Part shown: positions 1 through 9,358 of the stretch, piece after piece | Layout of the letters: every line of letters starts with the position of its first letter | How positions within the stretch are numbered: position 1 is the first letter of the stretch | From: a virus | DNA: 64,000 bases | Virus record (IMG/VR): IMGVR_UViG_3300027801_002650 | Location: 1-64,000 of that record | Direction: 5' to 3' (one strand) | Program-made: the position numbers and the translations under genes | The notes under the pieces: model-generated | What the model saw: the letters and a program-made list of their open reading frames with translations, nothing else | Told to the model about the DNA's origin: nothing | The model's database searches: none

Positions 1-107
1 ATCACTGCTTCAAGTGTTTTGTTATGCTTGTTGTCCCTGAGGACCTTTTCTTTATGGAGTCTGGAATTATCCGACCCAATCTCATCTAAGATCGTTTTAA
101 TAGTCAT
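1..107 (-). CDS. N-terminus of probable ATP-dependent DNA ligase (T4 gp30-like); runs off the left edge
   Basis: Not in the ORF track. Manual translation from ATG at 107 gives MTIKTILDEIGSDNSRLHKEKVLRDNKHNKTLEAV, which resembles the T4 gp30 N-terminal pattern (ILxEI...S...K..IL..NK.N..L..V). Only 35 codons are visible. Confidence 0.6.
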   Translation of the reverse strand, partial: MTIKTILDEIGSDNSRLHKEKVLRDNKHNKTLEAV

Positions 108-122
108 ATTTATTTTTAGATT

Positions 123-278
123 TTAGGATTTTGAAGTTTCTTCTTCTGATTCCAAACATGGTTCGCAGGTGTATTCAAACACTTTAGAACCATCTTCACA
201 TTTGATTTCTTCAAATCCAAAGTCTGGACTTTCATCGGTGTCTGATAGACATCCATATTTACACATTATCATACTCAT
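123..278 (-). CDS. 51-aa acidic Cys-rich protein (possible zinc ribbon)
   Basis: Manual translation: MSMIMCKYGCLSDTDESPDFGFEEIKCEDGSKVFEYTCEPCLESEEETSKS. A GAGG RBS lies upstream and a consensus promoter sits at 338-366. Confidence 0.6.
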   Translation of the reverse strand: MSMIMCKYGCLSDTDESPDFGFEEIKCEDGSKVFEYTCEPCLESEEETSKS

Positions 279-337
279 TTGACCTCTTTAGGTTTAAGTT
301 ATCGGCAATATCGCCTTTTTTTATTTTCACTATAACA

Positions 338-366
338 ATTATACCTTATTTAACTTAAAATGTCAA
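338..366 (-). promoter_or_regulatory. sigma70-type (early) promoter TTGACA-17-TATAAT
   Basis: Minus strand reads cTTGACAttttaagttaaataaggTATAAT, a perfect consensus with 17-bp spacer, intergenic and upstream of ORF 123-278. Confidence 0.85.
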
Positions 367-389
367 GCGTAATCTTATCTTTTTTAACT

Positions 390-944
390 TTATTCGAGTT
401 CAATGACGATTTCTGATGTGGTATTATCTTCAAAGAGGAAACCCCATCCACCTTCTTGCATTTCTTTTGCTAATGCTTGGACATTAATAAAACTCCAAAT
501 CATTGCCTTCTCTAACCCGTATGATTCTATTTCCCATGGTGTCTCCCAATACGGACTGCCTCCCAGATGTTTTGGTTGCGGGAACTGCCATTTCTTGCCC
601 TCCCAATACGTACCAGTCTTCTTATATATTAAACGACCTGTTGCGTACTGTGTAATATGAATAGACTCATGAGCAATCATGACCATGAACTCTTTCATGT
701 TATCACAAAGATCAGGGTTTAACGTAATCTTAAAATGATTTGGTTTATTCCGTCTTGCCATCCAATCTGGAGACACTTCACCTCCGAGATCATGTTTTTT
801 ATTTAAGCAAACTTTGACTGTGAGGAAGGACATCCTGCGTACTGATAACCAACCTGAACAGGTATGATCAATTAGATGATGGATTTGTTTTTTCCAATCA
901 TCTGGCATCCAATCTCTGCGTGACCCGTAGATAGTTACTTTCAT
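390..944 (-). CDS. zincin-like metallopeptidase (HExxH)
   Basis: IAHESIHITQY (HExxH) with downstream PWEIESY Glu motif. Confidence 0.7.
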   Translation of the reverse strand: MKVTIYGSRRDWMPDDWKKQIHHLIDHTCSGWLSVRRMSFLTVKVCLNKKHDLGGEVSPDWMARRNKPNHFKITLNPDLCDNMKEFMVMIAHESIHITQYATGRLIYKKTGTYWEGKKWQFPQPKHLGGSPYWETPWEIESYGLEKAMIWSFINVQALAKEMQEGGWGFLFEDNTTSEIVIELE

Positions 945-976
945 GTTCTCTTATTCAATTTTTATCATTAGTATTA

Positions 977-1005
977 ATTATACCACATATGATTTAAAAT
1001 GTCAA
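977..1005 (-). promoter_or_regulatory. sigma70-type (early) promoter TTGACA-17-TATAAT
   Basis: Minus strand reads cTTGACAttttaaatcatatgtggTATAAT. It shares TTGACATTTTAA and GGTATAATT with the 338-366 promoter and lies upstream of the zincin gene. Confidence 0.85.
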
Positions 1006-1071
1006 GTGAAAAGTATGATTTTGTTTTGGAGAGATTAGAAATGAGGGGTAAGTCGTCTAATGAAGATTAAC

Positions 1072-1100
1072 TTGACATTTCTTGCAAAAGGGGTTATACT
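1072..1100 (+). promoter_or_regulatory. sigma70-type promoter TTGACA-17-TATACT pointing antisense into the RuvC/portal genes
   Basis: cTTGACAtttcttgcaaaaggggtTATACT. There is no credible + strand gene downstream. Confidence 0.65.
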
Positions 1101-1151
1101 TGAGTGTCCGATCACTGTTGAATCAAATGTATTCATCACTCAATTGTTATT

Positions 1152-1766
1152 TTATGTATTATTCGTTTGATGTATTGTCTGGTAGTACCATTTAGCTATC
1201 CAATAAGCATCAGCTATGTCGGACCATTGTTTTATTTTGCCTAGTTCAATTCCCGTATCCTCAACAAAAGCAGCTAACATATCTACTTTAGGAGCATTCC
1301 CTTTTCCTGTTGCGTATTTCTTAACAGTACCAGGAACAACAGTATCAAACATCATATGATTCTGAAACAGTTTATATTTTAATATACCAGTATTCTCACC
1401 AATATTAAATACACGACCAGTAGCAGCATAGGCATAATTTTCTATGACTATGTTCTTAGGTCTGTGACACCAAGTCAACTCATCGATAACCCAAGATGCT
1501 AGTCTTGAATAACGATCAGTCTCAGTATTATATTTAGGGTATATTTTTGGATTTAGTGTTTTGGAGGTCTCCCTCCCCAGTACCACATCGCGATCACGAG
1601 CAACAAGATAGTTAATATTAAAATTGGATCCATCATAAATACAAAATGCGGGTGATGTCATACTATAGTCAATACCACAGACCTTAGTATCAGAATCCAG
1701 AATCCTCTGAGTCGTCGTAGAGTCCTGCTTCTTTTTCTGCTTGGATTTCTCCATCAATTCTTTCAA
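1152..1766 (-). CDS. RuvC-like Holliday junction resolvase (RNase H fold)
   Basis: GIDYSMTSP, VIENY, GENTGILKY, PGTVKKYATGKGNAPK and DIADAY are RuvC motifs with the acidic catalytic residues. The start is uncertain (TTG 1766 or ATG 1754) and overlaps the portal 3' end. Confidence 0.8.
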   Translation of the reverse strand: MKELMEKSKQKKKQDSTTTQRILDSDTKVCGIDYSMTSPAFCIYDGSNFNINYLVARDRDVVLGRETSKTLNPKIYPKYNTETDRYSRLASWVIDELTWCHRPKNIVIENYAYAATGRVFNIGENTGILKYKLFQNHMMFDTVVPGTVKKYATGKGNAPKVDMLAAFVEDTGIELGKIKQWSDIADAYWIAKWYYQTIHQTNNT

Positions 1767-3219
1767 TATCTTCCTCTGTTTGACGTAACATCTGCTGACG
1801 GATTTCCTTGATGGATAGGAACGTACCTTTATGGTCGATTGCCTGCCCTACAAGATTTAATCTCTGTTCTGTCAGTTCTGCATTTTTCAATTCGTCAAAA
1901 TGGGAATCAGTTTCATAGTTAAATAGAATCCCGTCTCTAATATTATCCCAGTCCTGCTTGTTGCAAATACCTTTGAGTAAGCATTGCTTCTTGAGGACAT
2001 CATAGAAAAGATTATTGAAACGAGCACGTAAACGATCAAGAAACTTAGCAAACTTTATCTCGTCACGGGTAATCTCTGATGCTCGACCAAAGAAACCTTG
2101 GCCAGAATCTTCTGTTGCCATTCGTGACAGTGGAACGTTTAGTGCCTTATAGAGTTTTTTCTGGAAGAAAAGAATATCGTCGATCTCTGCCAGATTTTCG
2201 CCACCAGGCAAAGTTGTGATCTCTGTTCCTCGACCACCTTCTCTTCGTGGGAGCCAAAAATCCTCTAGTATGGATTGAAATTTTCTGTCATCTCGCATTT
2301 CGCCAGTAGACGCATCATAAACCAGTTTATTCTTATACCGATTCATAATATCACGCATATACTGCTCTGCCTTTATCTTAGGCAAGTTACCGACATCAAC
2401 GTAGAAAATACGTCGCTCGGGTGCGCGAGATACACGATAGATGATTTGGGCATCTTCTATCATGCGTAAGTTATTTAGAGGTTTGATTGCCTTATGCAAA
2501 TAGCCAATCACCATTCGGCGACCACCATCCATAAGACCTGAGGTACAATAAGCAACTGCGTCAGACGCAACTCTTAGTGTTTGTTGATTGCCTGCTCCTC
2601 CAGAGAAAAATCCAGTAGGATTATAAACAAAGTAGTCCTGAGTACGTGGAATAACAACATCCAACTTCCTCATTCGTTCTTGTTCATCAGAGGTAGGAAT
2701 TTTGGTTTCTCGAACCTTTTTCATCTTAAGAGCATCTATTAATCTCATTTCCGTAATTCCCTTGTCGGGCGATTCAGGATCAATGATTAAATGATAGTGG
2801 AGTCTTCCGTCAACATACCATCGCTTAAAGATATCATAACCGAGGTTACGAAAATCCATCATTCGAAGGACGTGCTTGAACTCATCTCTTATTTGATTTT
2901 TGGTTTTGTCGCCAACGTTAAGGTTAGCAAGATTGAGGGTAATAAGATCCGACCTGCCAGTATCAACAATTACTTCATTGATGATATCGTCGATAGCCGT
3001 CTCGCATTCTGGTTGGAGAGACATTCCACGATAACGACCAATCAAGTCGAACTCATTTTTGACAGTTCCTTCTAAATCAAGAAACGTGCCGTATGCACCA
3101 GCACCCGAAGCAATGGGAGCTATTCCCTCTTCGGGTTCTGGTACTGTAAAAGTCTGTGAGGATAAAACCTTATCACTGTCATCTCTTCCGATCGTGAAAC
3201 CGAAAAGTTTGATTGCCAT
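1690..3219 (-). CDS. gp20: portal vertex protein (T4 gp20)
   Basis: WYVDGR, YLHKAIKPLNNLRMIEDA, RAPERRIFYVDVGNLPK, EDFWLPRREGGRGTEITTLPGG. Confidence 0.97.
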   Translation of the reverse strand: MAIKLFGFTIGRDDSDKVLSSQTFTVPEPEEGIAPIASGAGAYGTFLDLEGTVKNEFDLIGRYRGMSLQPECETAIDDIINEVIVDTGRSDLITLNLANLNVGDKTKNQIRDEFKHVLRMMDFRNLGYDIFKRWYVDGRLHYHLIIDPESPDKGITEMRLIDALKMKKVRETKIPTSDEQERMRKLDVVIPRTQDYFVYNPTGFFSGGAGNQQTLRVASDAVAYCTSGLMDGGRRMVIGYLHKAIKPLNNLRMIEDAQIIYRVSRAPERRIFYVDVGNLPKIKAEQYMRDIMNRYKNKLVYDASTGEMRDDRKFQSILEDFWLPRREGGRGTEITTLPGGENLAEIDDILFFQKKLYKALNVPLSRMATEDSGQGFFGRASEITRDEIKFAKFLDRLRARFNNLFYDVLKKQCLLKGICNKQDWDNIRDGILFNYETDSHFDELKNAELTEQRLNLVGQAIDHKGTFLSIKEIRQQMLRQTEEDIERIDGEIQAEKEAGLYDDSEDSGF

Positions 3220-3246
3220 AATTTAATTTCTATTAAAGGTTAAATA

Positions 3247-3861
3247 TTACGATACATCCTTTATGCCTTTGGAATTTGCACCCGCACCATCACCGCCAGA
3301 TACATCGAAATAGGAATAAGCAAATGTAACTGAAAATTCTTCAATTGCTTCTGCTTGATCAAATCCAAGATCGATTGCACTACAAGTTGTCGGGAAAGCA
3401 TAATAAAAATCGTATGCTCTTAAGTCTTCGCCTGCTTTAGATAACTGGATTACCTTGATAGTGGTAGATGATTGTCCACCTGAGCTATCAGCCAGGTTTA
3501 CAATATTACCAAATGGTTTACCAAATGATTGTATTTGGTGCATCCAAGTTTCTATCTCATGGCGAATCCCGAAATCTTCATCATTGTAGAATGAAAGAGT
3601 CAGATTCTCGTAAGTTCTGATTCCAGGCATTTTTACTTGCCTTCCCAGAAAGTTTACAGGAATTTCGCCAATTGTGGATCCTGGTAATTGAGCATTCTTA
3701 CACAAAAAGGAAACTTTTTGAAATCCTTCTTTCGTCACACCTTCAAGTTTTTCTGGTGCTGTAATTTCCACTTTGTATAAAGAAGGGCGAGCACCAGCAG
3801 CACCAAAATTATTGACGAATGCACTAATGTCGACATTTTTACCGAATTGTCCGTCTGCCAT
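3247..3861 (-). CDS. gp19: tail tube protein (T4 gp19)
   Basis: GARPSLY, LPGSTIG...FLGR, YNDEDF.IR, FPT..SAIDL, IEEFSVTF.Y; lies between sheath and portal. Confidence 0.92.
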   Translation of the reverse strand: MADGQFGKNVDISAFVNNFGAAGARPSLYKVEITAPEKLEGVTKEGFQKVSFLCKNAQLPGSTIGEIPVNFLGRQVKMPGIRTYENLTLSFYNDEDFGIRHEIETWMHQIQSFGKPFGNIVNLADSSGGQSSTTIKVIQLSKAGEDLRAYDFYYAFPTTCSAIDLGFDQAEAIEEFSVTFAYSYFDVSGGDGAGANSKGIKDVS

Positions 3862-3873
3862 TGTCTGTCCTTA

Positions 3874-6000
3874 TTATACGTTTCCGATTGCCTCGTCGAA
3901 ACTTACGCCAGAGCGAACAGCAACAAAAGACAGTCGAATAAAATTAATTGATTTAGTTGGTTTCACAAAGATATCGGCAACAAACTTGTTGCTATCAATA
4001 ACGTCGGCAGTGTTGTTTGTATCATCGCAAACAACTTGAAAGTCTGTAAGACCTTGTCCTGCTTGTATACCCTGCAGAAATCCCTCAGTCGATGACTGAA
4101 ATTGACTTCGTGTGAAATCTGTATTAAACTGAAATAACACCCCTCGTGCTGCTTCTCCAATAACTTTCTCCATAAAGATAAACAGTCGGCGAACGTTAAT
4201 GCGATCAAAAGCACTTGGTTTTGGAGACAATGTTTTGTCACCAAACAGCATTATTCCTTGTCCCGGAAACGAAACAACAGAGTTGTAACCAATTCTATAT
4301 AGCTCGTCTCTTTGTGCCTGTACTGGGTTATATGCCAGTTTGATCGGAGAGTTCAAAATACCTCTCTGTAGACCAGCAGGCGAGAACCAAGTATCTGCAT
4401 TTGTATCAGTTCTTGCACAAAGACCAGCAATGTCACCATTTAATGGTATCCATCTATAAGTATCATTGTATTTATCGTACTGATATCCCCATCCTGAATC
4501 TAAAATCGCATAAGTCGATGACTTAATAGAATTTCGGAAACCTTTGAGGTTTGATAGTTCTGATCCTGGAACCAAAACTACGTCAGAAAACTCAGGAGAA
4601 ACAAGTGCCACAGCATCTTTTCTCTTCTCAGCAACATTAATCACGTAGTTAGCCAAAGCAGGTCCGTCTCCATCAGGAGCAGCACCTTGCATCAACAAAC
4701 TTACCTCAACTGTATTAGGATCATTGAAAATGTCCCAACCAAGTTGTAAGTCTCCTACTGATACGTTGTTACCGTCAGATCCACCTTGCATTTCATAATA
4801 CTTCGTACCCTTGAGCAGATCAAATACGTTATCTTCTGCTTTATCTCCCCAGTTAGTAACGCCAGTTTGATGTTTTATGAAACGAACATATGCTGATGAA
4901 TTATTTAATCGGTTTTTGTAATAAATACTAGCACCTTCAGGTGACTTAGCATTCTTAGCAACACTCATGCTGTCATATGCTTCGAGGACATCATCCTCAA
5001 CATTAGTCCAGCGACCACGATAGTCATACACAACTAAGTGCATTTCATCGTTTGCAGAGTTAGCAGTTGTAGCAAACTCACTTGTCCCAGGTGATCTATC
5101 AAAATTAAGAGCGAACCTCCAACGAGAATCCATTGAAGTTCCACCGACAATAGCAGCTGGTGAAATTGGGCCATTGAGCTCAACACTTGCGTCGTTTGTA
5201 ACAGCGATTACTTCAGCTGAATTTGAACCGACTATAATAGTATCACCGACAAATATTTCGTTGGTAAAGTTAGAAGAATCACCTGTAACTGTGTTTGAAT
5301 TAGCAGTCATTGAGATAGTACCTGTTACGGTCTTCTCGAAGTTGGTTCTTGCATTTCTTACCCCGATGACACCACTTTGATCAGCAGGTGCATACTTGAG
5401 GGTTGCGTTTGTTGCATCAGTTACTGCAGAGATTACGTAAGCAACACTGTTAAGTGTGACAACGTCACCTGCTTCGAGTTCTGTGTCGAAGGCAGTTCCG
5501 ATACCTGTCATTGCTGTTCCAGTTATGGAACATGTACCAACCATATCATAGGCAGGTTTATCAGCTGGACAGATGGAAATACCTAAACTGTTCCCCAGAT
5601 CTCCTGGGAATTTTCCAATCCAGAATCGGTTAGCGGTTGCATCAGCACCACCACCTTGATCAGGATCGAGAGAAACGTATGCGGTATCGTTTTTTACGAG
5701 TCTACCTACGCTATCAGTTGTAGCATTTAAGGCAGTATCGTCGTCTGTAACACGACAAACTCGTAGATTATTACTATACGACAGAAAATTCGCTGCAGTA
5801 TAATAATGTACATAATTGTTATCGTTAGGTTTACTAAATGTATCTCGTAAATTGACTTCAGATGAGATTAAAACTCTCTCATCAACTGGTCCCCATGTAA
5901 ACTGTCCTACGCATGCCCCGATAGAGGTGGAAACGACAGGAGTTCCAGTGGTTAGATCAATCTCTCGAACATTAACACCTGGTGAAATTGGAAATGACAT
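3874..6000 (-). CDS. gp18: contractile tail sheath protein (T4 gp18)
   Basis: SPGVNVREIDLT, FTWGP, WFSPAG, GDKT...SAFDRINVRRLF, INFI.L.FVA. Confidence 0.97.
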   Translation of the reverse strand: MSFPISPGVNVREIDLTTGTPVVSTSIGACVGQFTWGPVDERVLISSEVNLRDTFSKPNDNNYVHYYTAANFLSYSNNLRVCRVTDDDTALNATTDSVGRLVKNDTAYVSLDPDQGGGADATANRFWIGKFPGDLGNSLGISICPADKPAYDMVGTCSITGTAMTGIGTAFDTELEAGDVVTLNSVAYVISAVTDATNATLKYAPADQSGVIGVRNARTNFEKTVTGTISMTANSNTVTGDSSNFTNEIFVGDTIIVGSNSAEVIAVTNDASVELNGPISPAAIVGGTSMDSRWRFALNFDRSPGTSEFATTANSANDEMHLVVYDYRGRWTNVEDDVLEAYDSMSVAKNAKSPEGASIYYKNRLNNSSAYVRFIKHQTGVTNWGDKAEDNVFDLLKGTKYYEMQGGSDGNNVSVGDLQLGWDIFNDPNTVEVSLLMQGAAPDGDGPALANYVINVAEKRKDAVALVSPEFSDVVLVPGSELSNLKGFRNSIKSSTYAILDSGWGYQYDKYNDTYRWIPLNGDIAGLCARTDTNADTWFSPAGLQRGILNSPIKLAYNPVQAQRDELYRIGYNSVVSFPGQGIMLFGDKTLSPKPSAFDRINVRRLFIFMEKVIGEAARGVLFQFNTDFTRSQFQSSTEGFLQGIQAGQGLTDFQVVCDDTNNTADVIDSNKFVADIFVKPTKSINFIRLSFVAVRSGVSFDEAIGNV

Positions 6001-6044
6001 CTTACTCCTATATTTTTGTAAACGTCAGCAGAAGTATTGCCCAT

Positions 6045-6053
6045 TATTTAGGG
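6045..6053 (-). promoter_or_regulatory. late-promoter-like box CCCTAAATA upstream of gp18
   Basis: Variant of the T4 late TATAAATA box in the gp17-gp18 intergenic space. The same motif occurs before gp13 and gp8. Confidence 0.7.
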
Positions 6054-6063
6054 TTTATGGAAT

Positions 6064-7701
6064 CTAGAGCCATTCGGATCCTTTATTTTCAAGCCAATCA
6101 TCATTTCCATCTCTGGCCACGTGTGTGGTTTCTGAAGGAATATCTATTAGGCCATCGTCAATAAAACCGAATGGGGTCAAATTATCCCATGTTTCTTCGT
6201 CAACGTCTTGTAATAAGTTTTCTCTTAGATTTACGTCAGTCAACTCAGCAAAATATCTCTGAGCAACCAACCAAGCAAATGATACGCAACACATTGCAAG
6301 GTCGTCATGTGTCCCAGGAGTTGCCTCCCAAGATTGACCTCTTTGTGCGAAACTATAAAATTCTGTTATAACGTGAACATCCTTTAGTAATATCTTTTCC
6401 TGTTCTATCAGATTCTTAATCGTCATACAACCTATGTTCTTTACTGGACGTGTCATTTTAAGTCCCATCATTGCAGACCTTTTGAAACCACTTGATATTT
6501 GAACGCCATTTCTTCCTGCGTTCCAGGTCATGAGAAGATTCTCATAACCAAGATCGTGTCTCAATATGTCACCAACTTGGGCACCTGACCCATCTATTTC
6601 TACAAGGGTGTATGCGTTATTGTACTGTTTAACTAGGCTATGTATTACATTTGGAAAAACAAGTGGTGTGATTAGGTTGTCTCGGTAAACCACTACCACC
6701 TCGTAAGGAATTTTTGTTATATCAAAAATAATAAATGCTGAATAATCCTTGCCTTTGCCCAAAGCAACATCCACAGTACAAGCATATAATTTGTCTGTAC
6801 TTGGCTCAGCATAAATGGTTAATCCTTGTCTGTTGATCAATGGTTTGGCCCATCTCAATGCCGTGAGGCAATTCGGGTCAACCAACGTTTGATCAGAACC
6901 AATAAATTCAGTCTCAAACTCTTGCCGAAACTGTTCTACTGATGTATTTCGTATAGTATTTTCTTTCCATTCTTCATCTCTTCCTGGAACTTCCGACCAA
7001 TGTACCTGAATAGGCACGAACTGTGAGCGACCATCGATTGCCTCTTTCCACATACGATAGTAGTGGTTCATCCCATAGGGGGTAGAAACAATCATTAATT
7101 TTGTGTTTTTACCGGAAGATATAGTAGGAAAAACAGAACGGAAAAAATCTTCTGCTAGATTATTTTCGACGAATGCAAACTCATCCAAAAATACCAAATT
7201 AAAAGAACTACCTCGAATGGCACTGGAACTAGTAGCAGAACTAACGATTTTTGAACCATTCTCCAGTTCGAAAGAACCTTTATTCCAAACTCCAACACCT
7301 TGTTGAAGCCAAAAGGGAAGATTCTCGTATGCAAGTTGCATCCTTGATAAGAGTTCACGAGAAGTAGCTGCCTTGTTTGCTAACATAGCAACAGACACAC
7401 TCTCATTAAATAGCATGTACCACAACAAATATGCGATTACGGTGACTGACTTTCCTGACTGCCGACCAACCTTACAGATAACAAAACGATTCTCGTGAAA
7501 GGTTTTTACCATTTTCTTTTGAAAACCATATAATGCAAAAGGAACTAATCCTCTTTCTAGATGTACGATTTTTACATAATTTTCAATAAAGTACTCAGGA
7601 TCCCCTGCACACTTAGCAAACTCTGCAATTTGTTCCTTAGTAAATTCTTGTTCTTGATGCTGTGCCTTAATCAGAGGATTATTAACGTACGATTTCACCA
7701 T
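6064..7701 (-). CDS. gp17: terminase large subunit (T4 gp17)
   Basis: Walker A GRQSGKS, Walker B LVFLDEFAF, VSTPYG, FRQEFE; nuclease motifs DVA.G.GKDYS and HDDLAM. Confidence 0.97.
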   Translation of the reverse strand: MVKSYVNNPLIKAQHQEQEFTKEQIAEFAKCAGDPEYFIENYVKIVHLERGLVPFALYGFQKKMVKTFHENRFVICKVGRQSGKSVTVIAYLLWYMLFNESVSVAMLANKAATSRELLSRMQLAYENLPFWLQQGVGVWNKGSFELENGSKIVSSATSSSAIRGSSFNLVFLDEFAFVENNLAEDFFRSVFPTISSGKNTKLMIVSTPYGMNHYYRMWKEAIDGRSQFVPIQVHWSEVPGRDEEWKENTIRNTSVEQFRQEFETEFIGSDQTLVDPNCLTALRWAKPLINRQGLTIYAEPSTDKLYACTVDVALGKGKDYSAFIIFDITKIPYEVVVVYRDNLITPLVFPNVIHSLVKQYNNAYTLVEIDGSGAQVGDILRHDLGYENLLMTWNAGRNGVQISSGFKRSAMMGLKMTRPVKNIGCMTIKNLIEQEKILLKDVHVITEFYSFAQRGQSWEATPGTHDDLAMCCVSFAWLVAQRYFAELTDVNLRENLLQDVDEETWDNLTPFGFIDDGLIDIPSETTHVARDGNDDWLENKGSEWL

Positions 7702-8110
7702 CCTCCTTGACCTGACCTCTTTTCACCAACGATAGCAAATCTTTCGTAGATCCTACTAATACATTTTGCTGGACGTTTGTGGTGTTATTCACAGTTTTGC
7801 TCCGAGCATCATTTACTTTTTCTTTTTGCTGATGTAGAGTCATCAGTTTTATTTGAGCATCAGTGTACTGTGAAAACATAGAACCGAAAACCTCAAATGC
7901 TCTTTGGTGACCAGATGCCTTTGCTAGCTCCAACATTTCACCCATTGCTTCGGTCTGCATTTCCATAGCAGTATACATGTTATCTCTGGAATATTCAAAA
8001 TCAGTTTCTAGTTCTAGATTACCCTTTGGTGCCGGAACGACTTCTACTTCGGTTGATTCTTTTTTAACAGGTAGATCGAATATATGTTTTAGTTCTTCAT
8101 CTTGATTCAT
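7682..8110 (-). CDS. gp16: terminase small subunit (T4 gp16)
   Basis: DFEYSRDN, H.RAFEV and VLVGSTKDL motifs; overlaps the gp17 start. Confidence 0.88.
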   Translation of the reverse strand: MNQDEELKHIFDLPVKKESTEVEVVPAPKGNLELETDFEYSRDNMYTAMEMQTEAMGEMLELAKASGHQRAFEVFGSMFSQYTDAQIKLMTLHQQKEKVNDARSKTVNNTTNVQQNVLVGSTKDLLSLVKRGQVKEDGEIVR

Positions 8111-8120
8111 AACATATCTC

Positions 8121-8543
8121 TCAAATAGTAATACGAGCTGGTGTTACAGAAGATTCTTTAGCGTTTTTATCTGCACAAGCTCTAGTGACAACGTATACAT
8201 ACTGAGTATTTTCTGGAGTAAGTATTTGTACATCTGCAAGATTTTTGCGGAACCATTCCCACGAATGTTCCTCTTCGTATTTTTTCATAGTACACTTGAC
8301 TATTGCAAATACGTCCTCTGGTCTTATCCGTTGTTGAATGCCTGGGTGGCTAGCCATAGTATGAAAGTATCTTGCATACCAATATTCTTTACCATCTTGT
8401 GGCCACGGAGCGTGTTTACTCTGTTCGGCCTGCTTCATCTCTATTTGAGCTGGAACTTTCTTTTCATCAGTAGGTGGTTGTGGGGTCATATTTATTGTGC
8501 ACCCCATCATAAAAAGAGCTAGCACCATTACGAAGTATTTCAT
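8121..8543 (-). CDS. putative lipoprotein
   Basis: MKYFVMVLALFMMG-C signal peptide with lipobox-like Cys15, followed by a Pro-rich linker. Confidence 0.6.
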   Translation of the reverse strand: MKYFVMVLALFMMGCTINMTPQPPTDEKKVPAQIEMKQAEQSKHAPWPQDGKEYWYARYFHTMASHPGIQQRIRPEDVFAIVKCTMKKYEEEHSWEWFRKNLADVQILTPENTQYVYVVTRACADKNAKESSVTPARITI

Positions 8544-8545
8544 AA

Positions 8546-9358
8546 TTATCCTTCAAAAGGTTCTAATTGCGGTACACAAGTCACAGGATTAAAATGCATT
8601 GCGGTATTAAAGAAATTTTGTTCTGTTGTTATTGTGTACGGGTCAAACTGCGTTGCCGACGTCGGTGAAGGTTTTATTTCAATGTTAGAATTAAACCCTG
8701 CAGATGTATCTGTATCTGCTGCCAAGTGTACATCAACGTGTTTAACAATTCCCCTAGGACTTTCCTCAACTTCTGGAAAGAAATGCCCCTTCATTGTAAA
8801 TTGTAAAGTCCAAATAATTGTTCTTGTTCCATCAGGACTGTTTTCGTAAGTGTCCTCATTTGTTACACTATCTAAAACAACGGGTACGTCTAAACTTAAA
8901 TCCATTTTATCAACTAACTTCAAACTGGCAGTAAAATCAGGATGAAAGTATGGCACGATTTGTTCTATGATCTGTTGCCCATCTTCTTGGTTTTTACACC
9001 AGACATGAAGCTCAAACGAAAAATCGTATGGAATACTGCTACCCATAGCACGTATTTGTCCGCCAACATTACTGACGAACTTATGTAATGGATTTATTTT
9101 TCTCGACATATCATACGACATAGTTGACATCATGAATCCCATGCGCGGAAGCATTTGTGATGCCTTCCTTGCTAATTCAGGATCTGAGACCAATCGTTGT
9201 CTATAATAATCTTTGCTTGCGTAAGATATTGGAACCCGTAACCTGCCTATAATCTTTGAATCACTATCATAACGACGCACTTCAATATTATTAAACAATG
9301 TACCAAAATAAGCAACGTATTTTTTTACTAGCCTATGGTAAAGATGATTCCCAAACAT
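8546..9358 (-). CDS. gp15: tail sheath stabilizer/completion protein (T4 gp15)
   Basis: FGTLFNNI, VPISY, LPRM, QIIEQIVPYF.P, R.IIWTL.F. Confidence 0.93.
   Translation of the reverse strand: MFGNHLYHRLVKKYVAYFGTLFNNIEVRRYDSDSKIIGRLRVPISYASKDYYRQRLVSDPELARKASQMLPRMGFMMSTMSYDMSRKINPLHKFVSNVGGQIRAMGSSIPYDFSFELHVWCKNQEDGQQIIEQIVPYFHPDFTASLKLVDKMDLSLDVPVVLDSVTNEDTYENSPDGTRTIIWTLQFTMKGHFFPEVEESPRGIVKHVDVHLAADTDTSAGFNSNIEIKPSPTSATQFDPYTITTEQNFFNTAMHFNPVTCVPQLEPFEG

Noticed and set aside
1690-1766. Programmed frameshift making a portal-RuvC fusion
   Set aside because: RuvC is in the +1 frame relative to the portal, there is no canonical slippery heptamer in register, and an RBS-preceded TTG start explains the overlap.
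1690-7701. Introns, inteins or homing endonucleases in the portal, sheath or terminase
   Set aside because: The ORFs are continuous and of ordinary length, with no intein or endonuclease motifs.
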